Source: a virus. Taken from it: a stretch of DNA of 64,000 bases. Of this stretch, positions 21,262 through 31,100 are shown piece after piece (the first letter of the stretch is position 1; every line of letters begins with the position of its first letter). The notes beneath the pieces were generated by a model. It was not told the origin of the DNA and made no database searches. It worked only from the letters and a program-made list of their open reading frames with translations. A program made the translations under genes and the position numbers. Location: positions 1 to 64,000 of IMG/VR virus record IMGVR_UViG_3300023184_000079; one strand, written 5' to 3'.

Positions 21262-21465
21262 TGGCGCGTGGTCTTTAATGTACTCTTCGGGGCTTATGCC
21301 ATTCTTTTCTTTGCAACAGCCATAGCAGACGCCCTCAACTAGGGGATCGCCACAGTCTTCACAGACGAGGTTGTTGGCATAATGACGATCTTCCCACTCA
21401 GCCTGCTCACGAACGTGAGAGTGCTGGGGGAGTCGTGAGCGCTCGTTGTACTGACCCGATGGGAA

Positions 21466-21987
21466 CTATCTATCTGTTTTCTCTGGATCGGGTTCGGCTG
21501 TTTCTGCGCGTTCCATAAACGATTCAAGATCATGTGGGACTGGCGGCATCTGGACCACATCCTCTGCATCATCCACGAACTTTTGCTCGGGGTTGCCTTC
21601 TTCGTCTTTACGATTGTTATAAAGTTCTTTCTCAACGTGACGGACTACGGAGTTGCCACCGATGTCTGAGCGCATATGCTCGTCGTCATAATCTTCGCCC
21701 TCAGAAACTTCGTGAGGCGCGCCGGTCTCCCAATATTGTCGGGAGAGGCTTACAACGTCCCAGCCACTTTCTTTATTAAAAACAATAGTCTCATCCTTGT
21801 GGCAATTAGCCAGACGATATTGAGCAACATCGGGTTCTGGGCTGATCGCCGATTCCCAATTGACAACGGCGGTCTTAACGACGCGGCCGTCTTCAAACTC
21901 TACGGTGTACTCTTTTGACTCCTTATTGAAGTCCAAAATGATTCCGGGTACGGCACCGGCAAAAACGGTCAGGCCAAGATGATTCAT
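21466..21987 (-). CDS. Hypothetical protein ending in a putative leaky TAG
   Basis: 173 aa, same frame as 18901-21261. Confidence 0.65.
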   Translation of the reverse strand: MNHLGLTVFAGAVPGIILDFNKESKEYTVEFEDGRVVKTAVVNWESAISPEPDVAQYRLANCHKDETIVFNKESGWDVVSLSRQYWETGAPHEVSEGEDYDDEHMRSDIGGNSVVRHVEKELYNNRKDEEGNPEQKFVDDAEDVVQMPPVPHDLESFMERAETAEPDPEKTDR

Positions 21988-22028
21988 ATCAGTAATTAAT
22001 TGTCAGGGAGAGGGTTGTTTTATACGTT

Positions 22029-22700
22029 CTAGATTTTTATTATGTGCCATATTTCTATATATGGCGGGTCGGTTGTTGATGGCGAAGCGCTTGAATATGG
22101 AACTGTTTGGCTATGAGAGTGACCGTGAACATTGGAAGCAATCTCTGTTCTTGCTGTAAGAACGTGAGAATGATTATTTCCTGAACCATATTGAAAATCA
22201 ATAGCAACGGAATGTTGGTGGGTAGATCCGATAACAGATTGGGTGCCGCTGGTTACGACCGCCGAAAAGTTTGTATCGGAGTTTCCTGTACTGTTGATGT
22301 ACGCCCAATGGCCACCAGCATAAGTTTCGGCTGTCGTCGCCGTCGCGGCATTATAGGAATGAGTGTGGTTTGCGTTGGGTAGATTTCCACTAATTGCAAA
22401 ATTGGGGGAGTGCGTATGATTTCTCAGATCTGTACTCGGCAAAGAATAGGATGCCCCTCCCGCACTACCGCTGCCCGAGGATTTAAGATATCTTCCACCA
22501 TAAGTAGAAGTTTGCCCCGGTAGACGGAAATTTCCCGCGCCTTCTCCGCTAGTATTGTATGTCGTTCCTATCGCCACAAAAAGGGCGGGGTAGGTGGTAT
22601 AAGACACAGGGAGTCCATTGCAATAAAGCCAGCCGGGGGGCGGTGTGCTATTTGCGCCTCCCAAATAGGGGACTATTGTTCCTGAGGGGATATTTGTCAT
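22029..22700 (-). CDS. Tail collar-domain short fibre
   Basis: IPSGTIVPYLG...PPGWLYCNG...YPALFVAIG; HxH repeats; PPY.....IIKI terminus. Confidence 0.75.
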   Translation of the reverse strand: MTNIPSGTIVPYLGGANSTPPPGWLYCNGLPVSYTTYPALFVAIGTTYNTSGEGAGNFRLPGQTSTYGGRYLKSSGSGSAGGASYSLPSTDLRNHTHSPNFAISGNLPNANHTHSYNAATATTAETYAGGHWAYINSTGNSDTNFSAVVTSGTQSVIGSTHQHSVAIDFQYGSGNNHSHVLTARTEIASNVHGHSHSQTVPYSSASPSTTDPPYIEIWHIIKI

Positions 22701-23395
22701 GTTTTTATTAGAAATCCTACGACTATTGCTGGTAGATCATTTGATCCGGAAAAGTTTGAGGTTGGGTTTGTAACGTTTGTCGATGTATGAGCATGTGCGC
22801 CCGAGGTATTCATCCAACCAAATTCGGAAATGCTATGACTATGATTGCCAGAATTGTAGTATGTATTTACCGCCGCAAAAGAATGCGAGTGACTACTGCT
22901 GTTTGCACCACCCGCAGTGCTGATAGTTCCTGAAGTTGCTTTAATATTCGGATTTTGTGACGTGTTTCCTCCGATGTTTCCAGAATTCGTGCCGTGGCTG
23001 TGATCTCCAGAAGCATTCATCCACCCGGCGTAGCCATTGTCGTAGTTAGGAGACCCATGGTAATGCGTTCCAGTGCTTGCGGAAGAGTATGCAAGATCTG
23101 ATGTTGCGCTGTGTGTATGGTTTGAGGCTCCCCCACTGCCTAAAGAGGAAGTTGTTCCCAAAGGAGTGTACCCAGATCCGAAATGAGGCAGAGCGAAATA
23201 ACCGCTTGGCACTGCCGAACTGTTTATTGCTAGATACGCAGAGTCATATGCTCCGGCTATTACAGCCGAAAGTTCTGGGTAGAGCGATGTTTGTTTTGTG
23301 GTTCCATCACAAGCAAGCCAGCCAGAGGGTATGGTAGAAGACAAATTCGGCAATATCATTCCGGTCTTAATTCCATGAAAGGGAATCTCAGCCAT
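22697..23395 (-). CDS. Tail collar-domain short fibre
   Basis: GMILP...IPSGWLACDG...YPELSAVI; HxH repeats. Confidence 0.75.
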   Translation of the reverse strand: MAEIPFHGIKTGMILPNLSSTIPSGWLACDGTTKQTSLYPELSAVIAGAYDSAYLAINSSAVPSGYFALPHFGSGYTPLGTTSSLGSGGASNHTHSATSDLAYSSASTGTHYHGSPNYDNGYAGWMNASGDHSHGTNSGNIGGNTSQNPNIKATSGTISTAGGANSSSHSHSFAAVNTYYNSGNHSHSISEFGWMNTSGAHAHTSTNVTNPTSNFSGSNDLPAIVVGFLIKT

Positions 23396-24131
23396 TTGTC
23401 ACCCCCGCATATACGATATATTTTACTTTTGTGTGCGGAGGAAGGTGCGATGAAGAGTTTGAAGCGATTGTTCCCGAGGAGAACGACAACGTATGGTCGT
23501 GGGCCTCATAACCAAGGTACGTTGTGGTTTCCACTGACGTTGTGTTGCTATTGCTGGACCTAACAATAGTATGACCATGATTGGCTGATGTCGTATTATA
23601 CGTTGCGGTATGTGCGTGTGGAGAATAAGTCGTAGCAAGATCGTCAGGAGCGCCCTTATAGTTGCCGCTGCCGGTTCTGTATACGTTCGCCACCCCGCCG
23701 CCGCCTGACGCTGCGGAAGCGCTGTGAGTATGGGCGTGCTCTGCAACTGCTGGATAATTAACATTGTGATTATGCGCCGATTCGGAATTTGAAGACCAAG
23801 AATTAGTGTTGGTGGTCAAATTGTGGCTGTGTGTGTTTCCGCCCCCGGTGGTTGCAGAAGATCTGCTTGTCCCCATACGAAGGAACTTCCCGTCAAAGGA
23901 TGGAAGCACAAACTGACTGCCCGAATTTGCACCAAAAGGAAACGCAGTGGCCTCGGCAGTAATCACCGAATAAAGGCGGCCGTAGGTGTTGATCGATTTC
24001 AAAGAGCCATCGCAAAGGAGCCAACCGGTAGGTATCGTTGCCCCCGGCCAAGCCATGACGGTTCCAATTGGAAAAGCAAAAACTGGCTTCCTCTTGTTTG
24101 CGTAGATCTTATTTCTTGTCGTTATAAACAT
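23388..24131 (-). CDS. Tail collar-domain short fibre
   Basis: PIGTVMAWPGATIPTGWLLCDG; HxH repeats. Confidence 0.75.
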   Translation of the reverse strand: MFITTRNKIYANKRKPVFAFPIGTVMAWPGATIPTGWLLCDGSLKSINTYGRLYSVITAEATAFPFGANSGSQFVLPSFDGKFLRMGTSRSSATTGGGNTHSHNLTTNTNSWSSNSESAHNHNVNYPAVAEHAHTHSASAASGGGGVANVYRTGSGNYKGAPDDLATTYSPHAHTATYNTTSANHGHTIVRSSNSNTTSVETTTYLGYEAHDHTLSFSSGTIASNSSSHLPPHTKVKYIVYAGVTNG

Positions 24132-24134
24132 GAT

Positions 24135-26048
24135 CTACACCAAGAAGTCGCCGATAGCAACCCACGTTTCTGGAGAACTTTTAATACAGACAAGAGTAGC
24201 CGTTGAATACTGGGCGCGCAATACGAAAGGTGCACTTCCGTCGCTGCTGACAATAGTCACACCGGACGCGGCGATTGTTACAGCACCCGCTCCTGTTTGA
24301 AGCAATTGAATCTGCGAGCCAAGAGCGAACACACCGGACGGAATGTTTACCGTTACAGGGGAGGAACTATTGACGGTGTTTATCTTGTTGTCTTCTGCTC
24401 CTGCGGCTAATGTCGTGGGGGAGGTTGTGATCTCCGAGAAGGACAGGTTCTTGATATCGCTGCCAAGTTTGGAATACGAAATACTTCCGGCAAGATCGGT
24501 GTTTGTAACGCTACCAGAAAGATTAAGTTTAGAATAGGCAATGGCCGCGCCCGACGCTACGTCGGCATTAGCAATGCTAGTGGCAAGATTTAACTTGCTA
24601 TAGGCAATAGCCGCGCCAGAGGCAACGTCGGCATTTACGATGCTGGTTGCCAGATTGAGTTTGGAATAGGCAATCGCTGCGCCAGATGCTACGTCAGCAT
24701 TAACAATGCTTGTGGCGAGATTAAGTTTGCTATATAAAATCGCAGCGCCAGAGGCAACGTCGGCGTTGACAACTCCACCCGTTAGATTGAGTTTGCTATA
24801 TACGATTGCCGCGCTTACGGAAACGTCAGCGTTAACAACACCACCCGATAGGTTTAGTTTTGCATAGCCTATAGAACTGTCGGTGATGCCGTGGGCGTGA
24901 TCTGCACGGGCAAGGCGAGTGCTTGTACCTACGGCGGCGGTTCCAATAGCGGCTGGAGTAGCGGCTGCGGCCTGTCCAAGGACAAATGCAGTGGTGGCTA
25001 TCTGTGTTGTGTTTGTATCAACCGCTGCCGTGGTTGCCAACGGTGCTCCGGTAAGAGACGGGCTTGCAAGGGTGGCGTATGCCTGAGCCTTAACAAAGGC
25101 GGTTGTAGCAACCTTTGTGGAACTGTCTGCGGTCAGGGCGGTTGTGGTTGTCGGGGCACCCGGCAAGGCAACGTCTGACTTGATTGTTGGTGCCGGATAA
25201 GTACCAGCAAGATCACCAGACGCAGGACCCGTAGGAGCGCGGGAATCGGTAAGCGCAGCGTTGTCTGTGTAAACGGGTGTCTTGCCGTTTACGGTTAGCG
25301 TAGACGAGATCGCAAGACTTCCAGTTAGGGTTAATGCGGCCGAGCCTGAACGGGCGAGAGTAGCATCAATAGAGCCAGAGCCAGACGACCAGCCGAGAGA
25401 GCCTGCAGAGTTTATGCGGAAACGGTATTGGCTTTCTGACGCAATAGAAACAGATAGGGCATTTGCCGAGTCATTTGTTGCACGACCAATGTCAACGGCA
25501 CCAGCGCTATTGATACGAGCGCCGGAGCCCGAATAAGCAGAGGGGTTAGATCCGACAAGAACATCATTATCTGATCGAAGAAGTCCAGCCGAACCGCGAT
25601 ACAGGTTGGCATCGGTAGAGGAACTACCGCCAACGCCCCAACTCAATTCACCAGTTTTGCTTACTCTGAAAGAGGGTTGGGCATCTGCAACGGCGAGATA
25701 ACTTCCAAATACATTTGTAGCGGCTGTCGCTGCAATTTCCCCAGACGTAACCTTGCCGCTGGCCGCAACCTTAAACAGTTCGCTTGAAGAACTGCTGACC
25801 TTAAATAGGTCTGCGGTCTGACTCACAAGACCTTGGACTGCTAAAGGAGTTGTGCTTGTAGATGCAGAAAGCGAGAATAGGGCCGCACCGGCCTGACCCC
25901 GGAGAACGTTCTGTATCTTGATAACCTCATCCCAAAGGGGGGCAACATGTGAATACAGAATATCCTGACCATTCAGGATTGTATCGGGCTTTAGTGTGGT
26001 GGACCCGGGGAAGTATGGCGTATACGGATCCGCAGGCGTATACGTCAT
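24135..26048 (-). CDS. Tail fibre protein
   Basis: 637 aa, S/T/A/G-rich; ASPSLTGAP...IATTAFV fibre motifs; tandem 22-aa repeats. Confidence 0.75.
   Translation of the reverse strand: MTYTPADPYTPYFPGSTTLKPDTILNGQDILYSHVAPLWDEVIKIQNVLRGQAGAALFSLSASTSTTPLAVQGLVSQTADLFKVSSSSSELFKVAASGKVTSGEIAATAATNVFGSYLAVADAQPSFRVSKTGELSWGVGGSSSTDANLYRGSAGLLRSDNDVLVGSNPSAYSGSGARINSAGAVDIGRATNDSANALSVSIASESQYRFRINSAGSLGWSSGSGSIDATLARSGSAALTLTGSLAISSTLTVNGKTPVYTDNAALTDSRAPTGPASGDLAGTYPAPTIKSDVALPGAPTTTTALTADSSTKVATTAFVKAQAYATLASPSLTGAPLATTAAVDTNTTQIATTAFVLGQAAAATPAAIGTAAVGTSTRLARADHAHGITDSSIGYAKLNLSGGVVNADVSVSAAIVYSKLNLTGGVVNADVASGAAILYSKLNLATSIVNADVASGAAIAYSKLNLATSIVNADVASGAAIAYSKLNLATSIANADVASGAAIAYSKLNLSGSVTNTDLAGSISYSKLGSDIKNLSFSEITTSPTTLAAGAEDNKINTVNSSSPVTVNIPSGVFALGSQIQLLQTGAGAVTIAASGVTIVSSDGSAPFVLRAQYSTATLVCIKSSPETWVAIGDFLV
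24466..24873 (-). repeat. Coding tandem repeat, ~22 aa (YSKLNLATSIVNADVASGAAIA), about 6 units
   Basis: Visible in the translation; synonymous divergence at DNA level. Confidence 0.85.
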
Positions 26049-26051
26049 GGG

Positions 26052-26468
26052 TTACCCTACGACTTCTACAACCGCTGTCGCCGTGACATCATTGGTGCTG
26101 GTTAGGCGCAAGAAGTTTGGCGTGTAAGGAGAGAGTTCAATCGTCGCTTTTCCGGCAGCGCTGAACGTAACCTCGGGGCCACTTCCCCATCCGCCGGTAA
26201 ACGTGTAGTAGGGATGAGCGTCTTGATGACCGGGGTTATAGTTTCTACCGGCGGAACGATTTGCAGCGTAAGCGGCTTCAACCTTAATCGTTGTTGCGTC
26301 ATCAACTTCAATATGAACAGCAACATTTATTTGCGCACCAACAACAGCATAAGAGGAAGCGCCATATACGTCGTTCGGACCAGTCGGACCAGTCGGACCA
26401 GTCGGACCATACGCCCCTGTGGATTCGTTGTTCCAGATTACTTGGACGCCACGATTAAGAACAGCCAT
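26052..26468 (-). CDS. Virion protein with short collagen-like GPT repeat
   Basis: GPTGPTGPTGP. Confidence 0.6.
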   Translation of the reverse strand: MAVLNRGVQVIWNNESTGAYGPTGPTGPTGPNDVYGASSYAVVGAQINVAVHIEVDDATTIKVEAAYAANRSAGRNYNPGHQDAHPYYTFTGGWGSGPEVTFSAAGKATIELSPYTPNFLRLTSTNDVTATAVVEVVG

Positions 26469-26469
26469 G

Positions 26470-26910
26470 CTAGTCTTCCGTAATTGATAGAGCGCCTACG
26501 GCGAACGAAGCGGTATCGCCTTCAGCAATTGTCTTAGGAGTTGTAAGATCACTCCAGTAGAGAATGTTGCCAGCGGTAGAAGCGTCTAGGATGGCAAACT
26601 GATTAATGGTTCCCCAACCACCCGCACCAGCGGTTGCAAACGTAATGGCATTACCATTTGTCTTTGTGGCAACTGTGCTACCTGTAGCGTTAGGCCAGTT
26701 AGTGTCGTCGTTTGTTACAGACACACGAGCATATGATGTGCCGCTAACTTCGTTTGTTTGCACTGTGGCATCCGTTAACGATCCAGAGGTGGTCCACAAA
26801 CCAACATAGACGGTTGTCATGGCAGAGCCAAAACCCGGAATCTGGCTGTCCTGACCAAGAACTGCGTCTAGCAGCAGTTTGGAAAGATAATTGCTTTTAC
26901 TTCCCGCCAT
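26470..26910 (-). CDS. Putative tail/fibre-associated structural protein
   Basis: SNYL...VYVGL...EVSGTSYAR...ITF...WGTI...GNILY pattern common in phage minor tail proteins. Confidence 0.6.
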   Translation of the reverse strand: MAGSKSNYLSKLLLDAVLGQDSQIPGFGSAMTTVYVGLWTTSGSLTDATVQTNEVSGTSYARVSVTNDDTNWPNATGSTVATKTNGNAITFATAGAGGWGTINQFAILDASTAGNILYWSDLTTPKTIAEGDTASFAVGALSITED

Positions 26911-27085
26911 TTAGTTTTCTCCCTGAATTTCCCACTGTTGTTTAGTTTTATTCCATTCTATAACCGGGAGTTTCTGTATATCCTCGGCTGTTAAAGTTGA
27001 ATGGATTGTAATATCTTCTGGCATCGCCCTTGTCAGTTGTCCATCAAAGGCGCGAGGACCAGTGTACTTATTTTTTGTTGCCATT

Positions 27086-27583
27086 TTAGGTCTGGCGATA
27101 GGTGATTGTAATGCGCTCAGTGTCACCGTTTGAGAAGGTGCGTGTAGCCGCAAGATCTGCACCGAAGAGGCAGTCGTCGCCACCCTTGGTTACGGCTAGG
27201 CCGACAAACCAAAGTGTTGCGCCGTTCTGATTGGGCGAGCCAGTGAACGAGAATGTGACCTGCGGGGCAGTTGACTGATAAGAACCCGACGAGATCGTTG
27301 CTTGTGGCCAGCCAGTTCCGCCAGCGTCACGAGCGATTGGCTGACGTGCATAGCCATTCGATGCAGCGGCCGAGGCGTGTGTGCCAAGTTCCGCAAGTTG
27401 TGAAGCAGGGTCTGGACCATTGACAACCGTCTTACTCGCACCGACGCCGCCAGTTTTGCAGCCCATGCCGACATAAACGGTGGAGTCTGGAACCCACGGA
27501 ATAGCGCTTGTACTTGTAGTAAAACCGCCTAGCCAAGTGTTGATGAGACTCTGCTCACCTTTGGACCAAAGAATGTAAGCCAT
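27086..27583 (-). CDS. Structural protein, distant paralog of 26470-26910
   Basis: VYVG...GYARQ...VTF...RTFSNGDT. Confidence 0.55.
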   Translation of the reverse strand: MAYILWSKGEQSLINTWLGGFTTSTSAIPWVPDSTVYVGMGCKTGGVGASKTVVNGPDPASQLAELGTHASAAASNGYARQPIARDAGGTGWPQATISSGSYQSTAPQVTFSFTGSPNQNGATLWFVGLAVTKGGDDCLFGADLAATRTFSNGDTERITITYRQT

Positions 27584-27630
27584 GTTATAAGATTTCTCCT
27601 AAAGTTCTTTCTCTATTTATATTGTGGAGT

Positions 27631-28146
27631 TTAGTGTTTTATATGTAGGTCGTGCGTTTGCGGTTTAAGACTCTTAGGATTAAGCACCTCGCACAGACCG
27701 CCCTGCTTCGTACCGTCGGTAAAGATTACCCACCACTTACGTGGACGGAGTCCTAGATAAATCTCTGTCCGATCCCAATAAACTACTTCTGCAAGTTGTT
27801 GAGGGCCGCTTCCAACATGAGCAAAACAGAAGCCGGGGATGGGGCCGGGGTAGTCTCTGCTTGAAACAACCGAGTTATTGACCCCCGCTTTATCGCCTTT
27901 CATATCAAACTGGACTTCACGTACCCAGACAGAGGCCTTGAGTTCGCAACCATTGCACCAGCAGGTATCTTGGCGCTGTTCAGACTTAATGGTCAGAATA
28001 TTGTCTATGGCGTCCTGCATTATTTTTTCCCGTATCGTTGCTTCTTCTTTATTTGAGCCAACCGGGGTCTTTGTTGCCAGAAAGGTATTGCCGTCACGGT
28101 ATTCGTTGGCGTACTCTTCTTCTTTGATTTCTTCTTCTTCGTTCAT
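27631..28146 (-). CDS. Hypothetical protein
   Basis: Start MNEEEE overlaps the upstream stop (ATGA). Confidence 0.55.
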   Translation of the reverse strand: MNEEEEIKEEEYANEYRDGNTFLATKTPVGSNKEEATIREKIMQDAIDNILTIKSEQRQDTCWCNGCELKASVWVREVQFDMKGDKAGVNNSVVSSRDYPGPIPGFCFAHVGSGPQQLAEVVYWDRTEIYLGLRPRKWWVIFTDGTKQGGLCEVLNPKSLKPQTHDLHIKH

Positions 28147-31100
28147 ACTACGCCTTCTCCATCGCATACATCGCATTTGGCGGTGACTCTACCATCGGAG
28201 TCACAATCATAGCAAGTGGTTTGCCCGTGTCCATTGCATAATCCGCAAGTCACCCTCCCCGTGGCTTCACAACTCTCGCACGGCAGGCCATCAACGTGAC
28301 CGTCTCCATCGCAATATCCACATTGCGCCTTGCCGCTCCCTATGTACATACCGGGACGGCGGCGGTCGGTGACGGCCATGTCGCATCCGTCGCATTTTAG
28401 TTTCTCCGTGCCATCGCACTTAGGACATTTTATATTAACTTCGCCATTTCCTTTACAATTGGAGCAAGTGTTGTCTGTTACTAAGCCGTGTCCATTGCAG
28501 ATTTCGCAAATTTTCGAGAAATCCGAATACTCCGACAACCCATAACCACTGCACGTGTCACACATCTTAAGGGCAACCTCGTCGTTGCTCCCGGTTTCCG
28601 CGTCCGCCTGCGTTAGATCCATTATTCGAAAATAACCGTTATTAAATCTCATTATCGCAAGATTTTTACCCCCAATAGTAGGATCAGTTATTTCGCTTTC
28701 TGTAGCGTCCGGCGGTTCTAGTTTCATTCTGCTCAAAGTAGAAAGCGACTCGGCCAAATCCATTTGCGAGACAGCATGCGTTCCGTCCCGGGCACCGTCG
28801 TCCATTCCCAATGCTAACATGTCTGATGCATTGTTGCGCATTGCAATTTGAACCCACGCTGCATATTCTTCGACATACCCAACAGCCGGAAAATTTTTAC
28901 GCAAACTTGCGTTATGCCAAAGAATTTCAAGGCCTTGCCTATAGCCTTCCTCAAAATATTCGCTGATAATTCCGAAAGACTTCAAAAGATTTTTCATTCT
29001 GCGCTGATCCGTGCCTTTGTCGGTCGCAGCGAAACTTCCAGCGTAAGCAAGTATGTCGCTATTAACCGCGACAATAAGATCATTGGTAAAACCATTGTAT
29101 TTTGCAGGAACTAGGTTAGTAGGATTTGCTATTTGTGCAAGCGTGTCAACGTCATTAAAATAAACAAATGGCGTTTTGGCGTCAAATGTTTTTGACCACA
29201 TATCTAGTAAGTTGTCGTCTATCTTTCCACGCGCGAATTCAAGAATCATTTGAAATTTTCTATACTCATTTTCTTCCCCGAGCAGGCCATCCGTTGTGCA
29301 CTTGAAATAGTCAGAAAGAACTTCTGGATTTTCGTTATCAAGATGATAAAGTTCCATTCCCAAAGTATTATAAAGACGCTTCCAGTCCTCTCTCTCTATC
29401 ACGTTCCTCAGCCACCCCGGATCAGAACTTGTTTCGGCAACAATTTCCGCAATATCATATATAATCTTTATGAACGTAATCTCAGCCGCTCTTTGTATTT
29501 GTTGAAGAGTAGTCGATGGAGATAATGAGGGATAATTATAAACTTCATTATTAATAAATACTGGCGTTTTTTCGCCATTACCATTGTCGTTAACAACCCA
29601 CCAATCTGGACGTTCAATTTCTTGAAAAAGAGGCAACTGTTTATCTTCTATGTAAATCGAATGATCTTCTTTAACCTTTTGATATATACGATTAAAATAT
29701 TTCTGTTTTGCATTATCCACAGCCCGAGGGTCTGCCCGGTCTAAAACACCACCGTCTTCTAGTTCAACTTCTGCGTTATTGCCGTTGATATCCTGCTGAA
29801 TCAAATTGAATTGTTGGGCGCTAAAGATATTCTTGAAAGTCTCATAGTTTGAATAAAAATTTTGGTAGAATAGATATGCTCCGACACCGGGGTCTTCTGC
29901 AAAACTGCGCCGCCACTGCGTAAAAGAAATGTCTAAATCGCGCAGACACTGCCGAGTATCATCAATGGCATTTTCGGTTGCATAACTTTGCGATGCTATG
30001 GCGTCCAACAGGTCATTGCTGGAGACACTCTCATCAAGAAGGAACTCTACCATTTTTTGAATTGTTTCATTGGGTCTTGTACTATTTGCAACAATAGAGC
30101 GCAGCCCCACTCCCACGTTTGGCTTGCTGCCCAAGTCAATGGCAGGGTCTACGCTTGTGTTGAGGTACGACATAATAACGTAATAGTAGGCAGCGTTTTT
30201 TGCGCCAACCTGATCATAGAAGTCGTCGCCCATAGTGTCTTTTTTGGTGTCCTCCCGGCCCCGGGCAAGTCGTTCTGATATAAGATCAATAATTTCATTG
30301 AACGGCTCCTCGGCCGCCCGATTGTTACCGAAAACTTCTGAACAGAAGGAATCTCCGTCACGGAAGGCGTCGCCGACACCTTTCATTTGTAAATCTTTGC
30401 TCCAATATCGCACCCCCTCTTTCGCCTTTGCCGAAAGCGTTTTTATATTGCCAATCTCCTCCCCCTGCTCAATTCTGTAATAATTTTTGCCCTCGCGGAA
30501 AAAGAAAGTAATCAAAAGTATGATAACATCATGATATCTGTTTTTCGACCCTATATCTAACCCAACCAGTCCGATTATTTCTGCGACCATTGAGCGATAA
30601 TCGTCCGGATACTCGGCCCATCTGGAAGCGTTTTCCAACGCCTCTTCGTAAATCTCGTCTTCAATTCTTGTCAAAAGGGTTTCCTCTTCAAAGAATTCGG
30701 CAACGTTGACTACAATATCTGTTCTAAGTTCTGAGTCAAACATTTTTTTGCCGGATATTCCAAGAGCGGCTTTAAATCCCTTTGCCTGCTCTGCCCGTCG
30801 CCGTGACCCCTCGAAGGCCTCCGACGACAGGCTTGCGTATTCGACGACTCGTCGCTGCATTTCGTTGGCTCGTCGTATCTGTCTTCCCATCCCGCCGCCA
30901 CGCAGCGCGTCTTTGTTGAGATAAATATCTATTAGGTTAATAAAAATATTAGAAGTATTTTTTTCAGAAATAGATGACGCTTGTATTAACTTGCGGTTCT
31001 CTCGCATCGGTCCAAAGTCTGGATCAACATGCTCTGTATTGTTCTCTTTCGACCACCGTATGCCCTGAAGAACTTCTTCTGGTGAGTAGGTGTTCATATA

